64,000 bases of DNA from a virus (Duplodnaviria; Caudoviricetes), in the IMG/VR virus record IMGVR_UViG_2836755666_000005, positions 21,275 to 85,274 of that record; one strand, given 5' to 3'. The notes below the pieces were generated by a model. The model did no database searches. It was not told where the DNA came from and worked only from the letters and a program-made list of their open reading frames with translations. The translations under genes and the position numbers were made by a program. Shown here piece after piece: positions 11,033 to 21,923 of this stretch (its first letter is position 1; every line of letters begins with the position of its first letter).

Positions 11033-11880
11033 TTATTTAAATAATATATTTGAATGTAGGTAACCGCTGATATTTAAATTTTGTTCGACTTTTATTTCAT
11101 TAGGAATATTCGCTAATCTCATAACGTCTTCTATACTAACTCCAGTATAATGAATATTATTATTTTCGATTCGGTAGCCTGCAAATATGACACCACTCAA
11201 ACTAATAGAATAAACAATTCTAGCATTTACTTGATATTCATCATTTTTTAACTCAACAATCGCTTTTTCTTTTGGTTTCAGTGTGAAGTCTGCAGTAGAG
11301 CGATGTAATGTTAAGTCAGACTTGCCTATAACACTATTTACTGAATGAGATACAGTCTCACCAATCTTAAAAGTGGGAGCAAATTTAAACCCCGATATTT
11401 CCAGAGACAAGCCAATATCAAGATCGAGGTGATCTGCTTTATTTTTATCCCATGATGATTGTACTGTAATAGTATTACTCCCTGATATAGCTGCTGTAAA
11501 TCTAACATTTCTATCACTATTATCATTACTAAATTCTTGCACGCTTATTATATTCGTTGATGGTTTACTAAAGTCTTCTTGTACCACGTCATCAATTGAT
11601 ATTTTTTTACTACATGTTTACTCTTAGTTTTAGCGTATAAATCTTCATGGCCTTCAGGAGAGTAAACGATACTTTCCGGGAGCCTACCATAATTAATTTT
11701 GGGTATCTTTTCGCTGATAATCTTTGCAATACTTTCTCTCTGTGAAGCTGATATCCAATCTTTAAATATTTCACTCTCTGTTATTTTAGATTGATATTCT
11801 CCTCCTTTAGAAAGAATTACTACATTTCCTGACTGATTTTCCGTAATTAAACATTTCATTTTATTCACCTCTTGCACCAT
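11033..11880 (-). CDS. Candidate aerolysin/ETX-MTX2-like beta-pore-forming protein, split by an A7 run near 11602
   Basis: Ser/Thr-rich beta pattern FSNDNS..FTAAISGSNTITVQSSW, alternating hydrophobic hairpin, LKPKEKAIVEL; low GC; directly after Rz1. Confidence 0.5.
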
Positions 11881-11968
11881 GATTATTAAAATTCGTAAGT
11901 ATCAATTACCGATTCATTGACACTGTGTTTTGATGTACTGCTGTAAATATTCCGTCTGCTTTTCGTTT

Positions 11969-12235
11969 TCAATTATCATTTCTCTGCTCTTCAATTCTCC
12001 TTATTGCCTGTTTGTCAAAATTACACTGCTCAATCACTGTCAGTAACTGCTCATTAAGTATCAGGCTATCACGCCATGTCATATTATCTGTGATTGCTGG
12101 CGGCAAGCAGTCAGCGAGTAGATGAGAGGGTATTGGAATGTGAGGAGCCTGAACGTATTCGGTTCGTGTGCTGCTGCAACTCGACAACAGCCCCATTAGG
12201 GATAATGCGATTGGCGCAATCCCGATTGGCGACAT
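11969..12235 (-). CDS. Rz1-like o-spanin lipoprotein
   Basis: Lipobox LSSC, Pro-rich PIPSHLLADCLPP, CNFDKQAIR; overlaps Rz. Confidence 0.8.
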   Translation of the reverse strand: MSPIGIAPIALSLMGLLSSCSSTRTEYVQAPHIPIPSHLLADCLPPAITDNMTWRDSLILNEQLLTVIEQCNFDKQAIRRIEEQRNDN

Positions 12236-12490
12236 GCGTTTTAATTGCTGCTTGTGTTGCCTCAGAGTCAACTGCTTTACGCTGACGGGTCTCACTATTA
12301 ATTCGTGCAATATCATTGATTACCCTCATTGACTGAAAAGCATTAGTAGTAATGGCTATCTGGTTATTGAGTTCAACGGTGAGTTTTTATTCAATGACCT
12401 GACTTCGTTTAAGGACGTCAACAACCAAGATGCCCATAAGATTAATCCTGCAATAATCACTACGACAAATGCGTAAGGTCGCCATAACAT
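12111..12490 (-). CDS. Rz-like i-spanin (frameshifted in assembly)
   Basis: N-terminal TM MLWRPYAFVVVIIAGLILWASW, coiled coil, CANRIIP; follows the lysozyme. Confidence 0.7.
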
Positions 12491-12941
12491 ATTACGCTCT
12501 CTATTTCTCGACGGGTCATTAATCCTTTCCAGACTTCGCCTTTCACATAAACCCATCGCTTCATTTCATCACAAGCGCCCTTTCGGTCATCAGCGTTGAG
12601 CTTTTTGAGTAATGTCGATTTGGCAAAATTTCCCACGCCCACGTTGTAAGCAAATGAGTAAAGGGCTGCCTGAGTCAGTGTATTGATATTGACCTTAACC
12701 AGCGGGTCAACATAGCGTTTAACCGCCCTTAAATCGTCATCAAGCCACTTATCGCAGTCTTTTTGCGTGTACGTCCGATTACGCTCAATATCGTTACCTG
12801 TATGTCCATAGCAAACAGAAAGAATACCACCACCATCGAAATAGGGCTTAAGCCTCAATCCCTCAAAATGCGTTATCATGCTTGATGCCAGCAATAACGC
12901 ACTACCGCCCGTTGCCATCAATATTTTTTCGGTATCTTCAT
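12460..12941 (-). CDS. SAR-type phage lysozyme (GH24); start shifted by an A-run indel
   Basis: FEGLRLKPYFDGGGILSVCYGHTG, SFAYNVG, GLMTRREIE; weakly hydrophobic N-terminus. Confidence 0.9.
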
Positions 12942-13114
12942 AGTGATGTTCCTTGAGTTCAAATTCCTTTTGCGGTAATACCAATTAACAAAAATGTCCC
13001 TATCGTGCAGACAATACCCACTACAGCTACCCACTCTTCGAGCGTGAGAATGCCAATAGCGGTTGTCGCCCCAGCCCATAGATACGACAAGGGGCTGGAA
13101 TATTTTTCCATCAT
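12902..13114 (-). CDS. Class II holin (phage 21 S-like), frameshifted; end approximate
   Basis: MMEKYSSPLSYLWAG..EEWVAVVGIVCTIGTF, then NWYY in the alternate frame; upstream of the lysozyme. Confidence 0.7.
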
Positions 13115-13606
13115 GTGAGTTCTTCCGGTGAGGTTTTGAGGTAGTGAGGCGTGAATTTTGTTTGAAAACGCCTGTCTTTTCACCTCGTCAGGCTCGGTGG
13201 TATCCTTATCACTCTTCAACTTATAAGGAATTTTTTATGTCTAAAAAATATGAAAAAACTGTATTTTATCCATACGACGCTCGTGCTTTGGTGAGATTTT
13301 GAAGTTGGAGGAAACTTATAAAATCCGTCTTGAAACAATGAGTGATAATTCTTGTAACTTCCTCGATACGGTTAAGAAGGAAAAATAGAGGTCATGCCTT
13401 CGACGATCGCCTCGGCGGTCGTTTTTGCTGCTTCGATGACATCCGCTTTTCACACCGTTCTTTGACCAAATGCGTCACCACCTCAAAATAGCTGGCTCCA
13501 CTTTTTCCAAGCAGTACTTGGCAATTTCCTTGTCTATTTTCCTGTCACCGATAGTGACCAGTTTTTAGTTGAATTATCCTTGTTTTCCATCTTAACCTCT
13601 TGCTTG

Positions 13607-14335
13607 TTATTGAATTTTACGGCGGTAGCTTGACCAGTTGAAATTAACTACGGTAGGTTTGCCCATCCTTAAGCGATCGACGATTCGCTCCCCCAATACC
13701 TCGGTTAATTGTTGTTGCGGTAAATTGGTCAAAATTCCGGTTGGTTTTTTGCTTGATGTTCTACGATCGACGATTTGAAAAATGACTAGTTCTTCATTGA
13801 GATTGTTTCTCTGAACGCCAACATCATCAAATACGAGCAAATCAACACCACACAAGTCATCAATTAACTGTGATTCGGTATATTGAGATCCGCTTTCGTA
13901 GGTTTTTCTCAATCTCATCATCAGGTCAGGAAAAGTAACAATCAAAATACTCAGTCCGTTTTGAATTAACCGATTCCCAATTGCTGCTGCCAGATGATTT
14001 TTACCTGTGCCGGAATGACCGCTAAAAACAAAACCCCCAAAGTATTTTCCAAAATTGTCAGCATAGTTTTTTGCGTTGAATTTCGCTTGTCTTTGCTCCG
14101 TCGTTAAAGCCTCAAAGTTGTCAAAAGTACAATGCTGATGAAGTTCAGAAATACCGGAATTACCCATGATATTGTTCAGCCTTCTGACTCGGTTTTCTTC
14201 GAAGATTCGGTTTGAATCCAATTTAGCCTGTTCACGATGCCACGCGAACAACTCATCAACGGTATTGAATTTCGGTTTAATGTGCTTTGGCATCAGTTTA
14301 AAAAATCGGGTTAATACTGCATTTGCTGTATTCAA
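13607..14335 (-). CDS. DnaC/IstB-like helicase loader ATPase
   Basis: GHSGTGKNHLA, DLLVFDDVG, TNL..LGERIVDRL. Confidence 0.9.
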   Translation of the reverse strand: MNTANAVLTRFFKLMPKHIKPKFNTVDELFAWHREQAKLDSNRIFEENRVRRLNNIMGNSGISELHQHCTFDNFEALTTEQRQAKFNAKNYADNFGKYFGGFVFSGHSGTGKNHLAAAIGNRLIQNGLSILIVTFPDLMMRLRKTYESGSQYTESQLIDDLCGVDLLVFDDVGVQRNNLNEELVIFQIVDRRTSSKKPTGILTNLPQQQLTEVLGERIVDRLRMGKPTVVNFNWSSYRRKIQ

Positions 14336-14539
14336 AATTCCTCCTACGTGAGTAAATTATCAAAACTTGGTGTATCGCTCTGTAAGCAACGATAAAATTT
14401 TAGCTTTACGAATTACGTTTTTTTCGAGAAAACGGCTCAGAATTGATTACAGCGCGTTTTAGATGGGGTCTGAGCGATAACTTGAGATTGAATTTTCAAT
14501 TTCAGCTAAAAATCCAAATGCCAATGTTTTTTCTGCCCA

Positions 14540-15321
14540 TCAAAAATCATCAGTGATGAAAACATCCATTTTGGGGATGTCTTTAAATCGATATCGGGAT
14601 TTCTGCGTTTGGGTCTCTTTGGGTTCAAAAAGTCCTTGCCAGCCATTGGCAATACTGGTGTTGATGATGTCTTCTGGCGAATACCCCCTATCACGACACT
14701 TCGTCAGCAGTTTGATAGTCTGGTCAACCGTCATTAGGGATTTGATAGGTTTGTTAATTTCCTTGCGGTACTGTAACCAAGAATGCCAGGTTGATCTTGA
14801 TAACCAGTTTGGAAGTTCTAGCGAATTTGGGTCAAAAACCTTCGATTTTTTCGTAAGGGAGATTATAGAGGGATCTATTGTAGTAATCTTTGTAGTAATC
14901 TCTTGATCTAACGAACTCGATAATGTCGATTCCCCGAACTCGACAATGTCTACTTCGGGAGCTCCACTTTCTCCATCTCGCGAAAATCCCTTTTGAATTG
15001 GCGAAATTATCCAGAATCTCGTTTAATTTTTCTTCGTCAATCCGGTAATAAGTTTTGTGTTCAAGACGCTTTTCAGTCACGATTAACACACCGATTGAAA
15101 CTAATTTTTTTATTGCTGTTCGTTGTTCGTCATGTGTCAATCCGGTTTCTTCTTCGAGATCAGCTCGAGTTTTGTAAACCCTAATTCAGAATTCGCTTTG
15201 TCCTGCCAGTAAAATATTTGGGAAAAAGAATTGCTGAGGTTAATCCGCCAAGCGGTTTGGCTAAATTTGGATAATATGCATGAGGATTACCTATCAGTCG
15301 TAATGTAGCGGCACTTTTCAC
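14540..15321 (-). CDS. Phage replication initiator (frameshifted paralogue of 63085..63870)
   Basis: Fragments match the intact 261-aa copy; SIANGWQGLFEPK C-terminus; precedes dnaC. Confidence 0.75.
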
Positions 15322-15422
15322 TCAATCACTCCAATTATTAAAATTGTGCAAACAAGTTCATAAAAAATATGAAATAACGTGTGATTTCCCTGATGTGGTT
15401 GAAAAAATGACAAAGAAAGGCT

Positions 15423-15701
15423 TTAATTCAAAAAGAGCGCGTCAATATGCGCTTTCTGTTCGATGATTTTTTGTTTTTGCTGTTTTTTGCGGTGATCCAT
15501 AAACAGATTGGCGTAAACTACTATCTGTCGTTGAAAATCCCGTAACTGCTGACGTGGATTTTCGTGTCGCCAAAAGGCTTTTTTGAGTTTTTGGTTAAAT
15601 TCACGTTCAGCGTCTTTTTTGGCAAGAAAATCAAATTTCCTGATTTCTCGCCTAACTTTTGCATTACTCTTACTTTCTTTGAAAATAATTTCTTGGGGCA
15701 T
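15423..15701 (-). CDS. Hypothetical basic protein (paralogue near 62706-62985)
   Basis: RBS aggagg; C-terminal two thirds conserved in element B. Confidence 0.6.
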   Translation of the reverse strand: MPQEIIFKESKSNAKVRREIRKFDFLAKKDAEREFNQKLKKAFWRHENPRQQLRDFQRQIVVYANLFMDHRKKQQKQKIIEQKAHIDALFLN

Positions 15702-16204
15702 TTTTCCTCCTGAGCGCTATATTTTGATGTTTCTGAATTTCAGACGATAACAACCCTCGTAAACACGAAGATTTTAAATACGATTTCCACAGACATATTG
15801 AATGTAGATAACGGCGTTATTGAATAAAAACACCAAAACAGAACACACAAAACGGTATTCTGTTCTCCGCGACTCGCAGAGAAAACCCCAAATTGTGAAA
15901 GAGCAAAAGCCGTACAAAAACAGCTAAAATTGATTTCTAAATTGTAAACCGAAATTTCACCATGTCAATAATTCGATCTATTTCAATAACTTACGTGAAA
16001 TTTGAGCTTAAAATAAAGTGATCAAAATCAATAACTTACGTGATAAAAAATTCACTTTTTTTAAATTTCAAATTTGCAATCGGAAATCGCTATTTTGGAA
16101 TTCTGCTATACTTAAATTGAATTGCTGATATTAAACTCCTAGAATCTCTTCTAGCTCTGAACGCCGGGTATTGGATATCTGGCGTTTTTTTTGCTATCAA
16201 ATAG

Positions 16205-16400
16205 AACATCTCAATATTTTCTCTGTAATATCTCTCATTTATCTCACCTAACCGGAATAAACTCATTTTATCTCTTAAAGTTACCAATTAATAACTTATA
16301 TTGAGACTTATTTGAGAATAAGTGGCATTTTAAAACCTTAAATGATTATGTTATTCTCATATTTTAAATTTAATTATCTCTTATTTTTCTCAAAGGTGAC
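16205..16400. promoter_or_regulatory. parC-like centromere/promoter region upstream of parM
   Basis: Roughly 10-11-bp phased TCTC/GAGA motifs; mirrored at 62045-62240. Confidence 0.55.
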
Positions 16401-16402
16401 TC

Positions 16403-17352
16403 ATGAAAATATATATCGATGATGGCTCGACAAATATCAAATTAACATGGAGTGAGGAAGGAATTCAGAAGTACTTCATTAGCCCAAATAGCTTTAAGCG
16501 TGATTGGTCAGTTTCTTTTGGTGACAGCCACAGTTCAAATTATACCATCAATGGCGAGATGTACTCTTTCGATGCGATAAGTCCTATTGCCGTCACAACA
16601 ACCAATGTGGGTTATCAATATAGCGATGTGAATGTGATTGCAGTGCATCACGCCTTACTCCAGTCAAAATTATCCCCTCAAGATGTGGAAATCGTCGTCT
16701 CTTTGCCGATTGCTGAATATTTCGATACCAAAAATCAACCGAATTCAGCGAACATACAGAGGAAAAAGATAATTTTAAAAAATCGGTTGAAGTTAAAGAC
16801 GGAAGAACCTTTAACATCAAAACGTTGAAGTCATGCCGGAATCCATCCTGCTGGTTTTCCATAGCAAAAGCGCTTGATGACCTCGACTCGCTTTTGATTG
16901 TGGATTTAGGGGACAACGCTGGATATAGCGCAAGTGATGGGAAAATGAGTGGTGTGTCGAAGATATACGGAAACTCTCATCTAGGTGTCTCAATGATGAC
17001 GCAATCTGTCAAAGAAGCGCTTAGTTTGGCAAAAACCAACGGCAGCAACTACTTGGCGGATGATATTATCATCAACAGTCACGATATGAATTACTTAAAA
17101 CGCCGTATCAACGATGCAAGCCAAATAAATCAGGTTCTTGCTTCACTCAAGGAATCAAAACATCGACTGATTAATCGTGTACTGGACGCCGTTAATACAT
17201 TCAGTGGGTATACCCATGTGATGGTGATAGGTGGAGGTGCAGAAATTATTGCTGATGCAATTAAATCCCACTGTGTAACGAGGGAAGACAGATTTTTTAA
17301 AAGCGAAAACCCTCAGTTTGATTTGGTCAATGGCATGTTTTCTATAGGGTGA
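16403..17352 (+). CDS. parM: ParM/StbA actin-like partition ATPase (several indels)
   Basis: [35 protein letters not shown]. Confidence 0.88.
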
Positions 17353-17359
17353 TACAGAA

Positions 17360-17722
17360 ATGGACACACGTAGAAAAATTCAATTTTATATCAATCCTGA
17401 TAGACACGGTGCTGACAAGTACACAGCCGAAGTATTGGAGAATATGCCTCAAGGTGAAAGAGGGAAATTCATGCGCGCGGCGTTTTTATCCGGTGTAGCG
17501 CTTTTCAAACAAGAGCCTAGATTAATTTATATGCTGAGTGAACTTTTGACAGATAAAACCACACTCGAAGAAATCACGAAAGTGATGGAAACCGTGTTAA
17601 AAAACAAAATGTCTGATTTTAATGATGAGTATGTTGAATTGGACGTATTGAATTCAGTCGAAGATTTGAGAGCATTTGAAACGCGCAATAATGCCAAAAA
17701 TCTATTTGGAAAATCAGGATAA
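17360..17722 (+). CDS. ParR/StbB-family centromere-binding protein
   Basis: RRKIQFYINP..RGKFMRAAFLSGVAL; follows parM. Confidence 0.85.
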   Translation: MDTRRKIQFYINPDRHGADKYTAEVLENMPQGERGKFMRAAFLSGVALFKQEPRLIYMLSELLTDKTTLEEITKVMETVLKNKMSDFNDEYVELDVLNSVEDLRAFETRNNAKNLFGKSG

Positions 17723-17812
17723 CTGGTTGAAATTTTGTATTGAAGTCTTATGATGGGTTTGCCATGAGTCAATTTTGATGATTAAAATTAAAACTGTTTT
17801 ACTTCGACAAAT

Positions 17813-17843
17813 TAGCCAACTTTTGCGGTTGGCTTTTTTCTTT
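17813..17843 (+). terminator. Intrinsic terminator after parMR
   Basis: agccaac-loop-gttggct followed by a T-run. Confidence 0.65.
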
Positions 17844-17959
17844 CTGAAATCCAAAAACTAGAAAACTCTTAAAACGCATCATGAGCAACGATAATTTTTT
17901 GGACGTGCGAATTTACGTTTTTTTTCGAGAAAACGGCTCAGAATGGATTACAGGAGCTT

Positions 17960-18232
17960 TTAGAGGGTATTCTGACTCTTCTTTCTGTCTTCCTTTAGCA
18001 CTTCGATGAAGACTTGCTCGAATTCGTCATTTTTGGGGAGGTCCTGTTTGAGGATATACTTGTTGACGAAGAATTCTGGTTCAATACCGAGTCGTCTTGA
18101 TGCTTCAAATCCGCGTTTGACCCAATCTAGGGGCAAAATGTGTTCGTGTGCTAATTCCTCAGCCCAATGCCAGTCAAACTGTTTAATTTCGTCTTCACGT
18201 AGAATGCGAATTGACTTTGCGTCATAGGTCAT
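17960..18232 (-). CDS. Hypothetical 90-aa protein downstream of HU (identical protein at 60229..60501)
   Basis: Identical translation in both backbones. Confidence 0.75.
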   Translation of the reverse strand: MTYDAKSIRILREDEIKQFDWHWAEELAHEHILPLDWVKRGFEASRRLGIEPEFFVNKYILKQDLPKNDEFEQVFIEVLKEDRKKSQNTL

Positions 18233-18235
18233 GAA

Positions 18236-18508
18236 TTACTTAACTGCCTCTTTGAGTCTTTGACCTGCTTTAAAACTCGGTACGTTTGCAGCAGCAATTT
18301 TAAGTGTCTCGCCCGTTTTTGGATTGCGTCCATCTCTGGCTGCGCGTTGTTTAACTTGAAAACAGCCAAAGCCAACGAGTTGTACTTCATCTCCCGCCTT
18401 TAGCGCTTCTGTCACGGTTTCTATGAATGCGTTCAGTGCTTTCTCTGAGTCTTTTTTGGTTAAGTCAGCTTTTTCAGCAATTTGATTGATGAGTTCGGTT
18501 TTGTTCAT
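18236..18508 (-). CDS. HU-family DNA-binding protein
   Basis: HU signature [16 protein letters not shown]. Confidence 0.95.
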   Translation of the reverse strand: MNKTELINQIAEKADLTKKDSEKALNAFIETVTEALKAGDEVQLVGFGCFQVKQRAARDGRNPKTGETLKIAAANVPSFKAGQRLKEAVK

Positions 18509-18561
18509 GGTGTGCCTGATTTTCAATTTAACGTTAGATAGTGTATTTAATATTTATAAAA

Positions 18562-19380
18562 CTAATTATGGTCATTTTCTTTCACTATCAAATAACCTCG
18601 CCAATTATTATTGTCAGAAGTATTCATTGCTCGAAAAAGATCAAGGCTATTCACCCAAACCCAATTATATTTGGTATTGGAAACATCCATAATCAGGAAT
18701 GAATCGCTATTTTTATCCCAGGCTACTAAAGGGGAGAAATGTCCTCCACCGGATTGTCCAAGAGAAGTCCGTAAATAATTTATGATAACATAACTATCAA
18801 AGTCATTTATTGAGCTAATAATTTCCTTCTTCATTTTAGTAATGTTATTTAAGGAAGTAACATGGATTTTTTTTACCTGTAAATCTAAAGTTGTTAGAAG
18901 CATTTTTTCGTCATTTAGATTTAATCCATAATCTTGTAAACCATTTTCAATCATGGGCTTACCGAAAATGTTTATTTTCGCTTTAGGACTAAAATTTACC
19001 ACACTTTCTTGGGTATAACGGTTCCAAAATGGAGTCCAATTCTTGTTTTTAGGAAAATAAATTTGCTCATCCAAGGAAATTCTTGTCGAATCAGGTTTAA
19101 TCTGATTAGCTTTTTCTTTGTTTTTAACACGTAAAGCGTTAACTACTATAGTTGCTGAAGCAATTCCACAATAGACCTTATTTTCTTGTCCTTCGAATTG
19201 TTGAATTAAACTAAAAAAATCATTTTTATATTTTGTTCTCTCAAGTCTATGAATACCTTCAGGAGTGTTCAAATCAATTGTTTTAGCAAATACAGCAGTA
19301 TTCAGAAATAAACTACTTATAAGCAAAGTAGCTACTTGTTTTGTATAAAATTTATGATGAAACTGAGAATAAATTGCCAT
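18562..19380 (-). CDS. Secreted phytochelatin synthase-family (papain-fold) protein
   Basis: QENKVYCGIAS (Cys), GGHFSPL (His), DVS (Asp), WVWV; signal peptide ending VFA. Confidence 0.85.
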   Translation of the reverse strand: MAIYSQFHHKFYTKQVATLLISSLFLNTAVFAKTIDLNTPEGIHRLERTKYKNDFFSLIQQFEGQENKVYCGIASATIVVNALRVKNKEKANQIKPDSTRISLDEQIYFPKNKNWTPFWNRYTQESVVNFSPKAKINIFGKPMIENGLQDYGLNLNDEKMLLTTLDLQVKKIHVTSLNNITKMKKEIISSINDFDSYVIINYLRTSLGQSGGGHFSPLVAWDKNSDSFLIMDVSNTKYNWVWVNSLDLFRAMNTSDNNNWRGYLIVKENDHN

Positions 19381-19413
19381 TTCAGGTTGTGCCTAATTTT
19401 TAAGATAAAGAGT

Positions 19414-20601
19414 CTAATATTCATCCCAATTATATCCAGCAGCTTCTGCGCTTCTCTTATCAAAAAACTGTCCTTTAATTTGCTTGAATCCGCCGAAGTT
19501 TGGAATTTCTTCTAGCTCTTTTTCCAAAGATGTAACTTGGGATTTTGCTAGTATTTTATTGTGAGATTGAAGAATAGCTTTTGTTGGCGTTGAATCTTCA
19601 ATTTTTCCTTCTCTTATCGCCAATTCTCGCTTCTTCTCTTCGTGCCAATTTTGTTTGCAATATTTTGAGCATTCAACGGCTCTACGCAAATCTGGCATTG
19701 TTAGACGCAATGTAGGATCGTATTTCTTCAAATTCTTCTCGTACTGATAGAGAATCTCTGCATTTTTCTTCATCCATTCGCCCTCATCGTGAGAGCCAGA
19801 TTTAACATGCGGACGCTTGGCTAGTCTTGGGCGAATTGGTTTTGTTTTGAATAGATCATCTTTTTCTAGAATATAAGTAATTTCAATGTCTGTTATTGAT
19901 CTTCCGGTTTTGATAGTACGCCAATTTAATGAAATGTCTGTAAGTGACTGGATTTGTTCGAAAGCAGGTATTAGTGTGAATTTTTTTATATTATTGAATT
20001 CTTTTGATAGGTTTGGAAAAATCTTACGTATTTGCAAAATTGATAATTTCAGCATATGAACTTCTAACTTTTTAGATTTTTTTAATTCAATATTTTTAGC
20101 TTTTTTTATTTCACTTAACATTATTAGATATAATCTAAATGCTATTGGATTTGTTAAATTTTGGATTGACTCTATAGAACATATTGTAAAATTACCCTTT
20201 AATTCAAAAAGGTATGGTTCTATACTTTTAGTAAATCTTAAAACTATTTTGCTACAATCTTCCTGTCTTTCATAAAAACTTCCTCCGTCTATCCAGTTAG
20301 AAAAATTAATTGTTCTCATATTGTTTTTATCTACCCTAAAAAACTCTATTTGTTTTTTCGATAGACTAATTAATGCTTCTCTCATAGTGACCCAAACCTT
20401 TTGTTCGTTAGTACTGAACATTTTGATAAATTCTTTTGGGTACAATGTGATATTACCTGGATTTTCTGTTTTTGAGTCTACTTTAGATAAAGCTAATACA
20501 AGTAGACGCATTTCATTACGGTTAAGTTTATAGCTAGCATTAATCAAATCGTTACTTTGTACTAAGTTGTAACTTGGATCTCTATCTAGAGTTGCACTCA
20601 T
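19414..20601 (-). CDS. Rep_3/RepB-family plasmid replication initiator
   Basis: VQSNDLINASYKL, PYLFELKGNFT, RLY, IKTGRSIT; iterons upstream. Confidence 0.88.
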   Translation of the reverse strand: MSATLDRDPSYNLVQSNDLINASYKLNRNEMRLLVLALSKVDSKTENPGNITLYPKEFIKMFSTNEQKVWVTMREALISLSKKQIEFFRVDKNNMRTINFSNWIDGGSFYERQEDCSKIVLRFTKSIEPYLFELKGNFTICSIESIQNLTNPIAFRLYLIMLSEIKKAKNIELKKSKKLEVHMLKLSILQIRKIFPNLSKEFNNIKKFTLIPAFEQIQSLTDISLNWRTIKTGRSITDIEITYILEKDDLFKTKPIRPRLAKRPHVKSGSHDEGEWMKKNAEILYQYEKNLKKYDPTLRLTMPDLRRAVECSKYCKQNWHEEKKRELAIREGKIEDSTPTKAILQSHNKILAKSQVTSLEKELEEIPNFGGFKQIKGQFFDKRSAEAAGYNWDEY

Positions 20602-20710
20602 TTCTTAATCCTTTTGATGTAAAAATAATTATTCGTGACTGTTTTTATTTATCTTTCCTTTTAACTTTGTTAGTTAATTATTCCTTTATAAACATGACAT
20701 TACATAAAAT

Positions 20711-20938
20711 AAGCCGTAGCAAAAAGTCGTTATAGCCGTAGCAAAAAGTCGTTATAGCCGTAGCAAAAAGTCGTTATAGCCGTAGCGTTTTTCTGTGGAT
20801 AAAATTGAAGTTTAGAAAATCATCAATTTAAATAAATTCTTATATATCAGTTATTTATTTTATTGCTGTTGATCTTCATCATTAAATAAACTATGCCATT
20901 TTATTATTACTTAATAATAGCCGTAGCAAAAAGTCGTT
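20711..20938. repeat. Iterons: 22-bp agccgtagcaaaaagtcgttat x3 plus a partial copy, DnaA box 20794-20802, lone iteron near 20919
   Basis: Perfect tandem repeats seen directly. Confidence 0.9.
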
Positions 20939-21231
20939 TAATTTTTTTTTAATAGTGACTCTTCTAACATATTAGTTGCTTCCATAACTGCATCAATTAA
21001 TCTATATTTTTCATATCCTTGTGATTTTTTTATCATTCTTATTTTATCTATTCTTTCTTTTACTTCTCTTGGAATTCTTATAGATACATAATCATCATAG
21101 ACGATTTTTTTGACATAACTTTCTCCTTTAATTGCAATAATAGTATCAATTAGACAAAATAACGCAACAAAAAATTGACTTTTTTTTTGTTGCGTTATTA
21201 TAAATTCAATCTTTTCAGTTTTAATATATTC

Positions 21232-21303
21232 GCTCTATGTAAGTGCTGTAACACCTACACAGAGCTAACCCTAAACCTAGTATCAATAGGAGTAAGGCTA
21301 ATG
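21232..21303 (-). ncRNA. Putative antisense RNA to the leader-peptide RBS (hairpin 21232-21265)
   Basis: A.C mismatches on + become G.U on -; TTCAAT-17-TAGACT on - strand at 21308-21336. Confidence 0.5.
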
Positions 21304-21435
21304 AAAAAGTCTACCTTCCGTGTGCGCGTAATTGAAGCGCAAAATCAAATTATCGAGTTATTCGCTCGTGAATCCCGCAATTTAACCCTTCGTCAGCGTG
21401 CCCGAATTCTGAATAGAGTCGGAGGTGCGGCATGA
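21301..21435 (+). CDS. 44-aa leader/small protein, K-type (MKKSTFRV...GGAA)
   Basis: RBS ggag; paralogues at 55890 and 57866; ATGA overlap with the next (truncated) gene. Confidence 0.6.
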   Translation: MKKSTFRVRVIEAQNQIIELFARESRNLTLRQRARILNRVGGAA

Positions 21436-21483
21436 ACTCCGAGATGATTAAATGCTTTTTGAGTAGTGGTGTTCCCTGTGGAT

Positions 21484-21700
21484 TTTCGAGTGTTCGTGCT
21501 CCTTTTAACTTCCGGTTATCTTCCGCTTCCTCGCCTGTTCGCTCGCGTTGCTCGGTCACAGACTCCGGCGAGCGGTGGGCGTTTTAATTTTAAGGATTTT
21601 TTGGATTATTTTTTTATTGGTTCAGTTTTCTCAATTTGATTGCGAACACCGAACACCGTCGACGAGGAAGCGGAGGTTAGTTTGTTGCTAATGAATTGTC
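21484..21700. other. pas/ssi-like conserved cassette arm with opposed gaggaagcgg motifs
   Basis: Homologous to 54190-54406, 55535-55795 and 57550-57770; truncates a regulator gene start at 21432-21483. Confidence 0.55.
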
Positions 21701-21923
21701 TGATGGTTCTAAAACAACAAGAAGAACTAAGAATAGAAACCGCAAAAAATCCTTAAAAATCAATGACCATATTTTCATGATTTGCGCTATCCAGGTTTAA
21801 CATCAGAGCTATAGAAGCTCAAAATTAATTATAAATTCAATCTTTACTAGATCTATTTTTTATTATATATTGAACTTAATAAATCATTCGTTGATATGGC
21901 AAAGTCCAAAATTAAAGGTAAAA

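Noticed and set aside
13230-13595. Possible small genes between dnaC and the holin
   Set aside because: Only short broken frames; no product can be supported.
20711-20790. 22-bp tandem repeats as a CRISPR array
   Set aside because: No spacers and no cas genes; next to Rep_3 and a DnaA box, so they are iterons.
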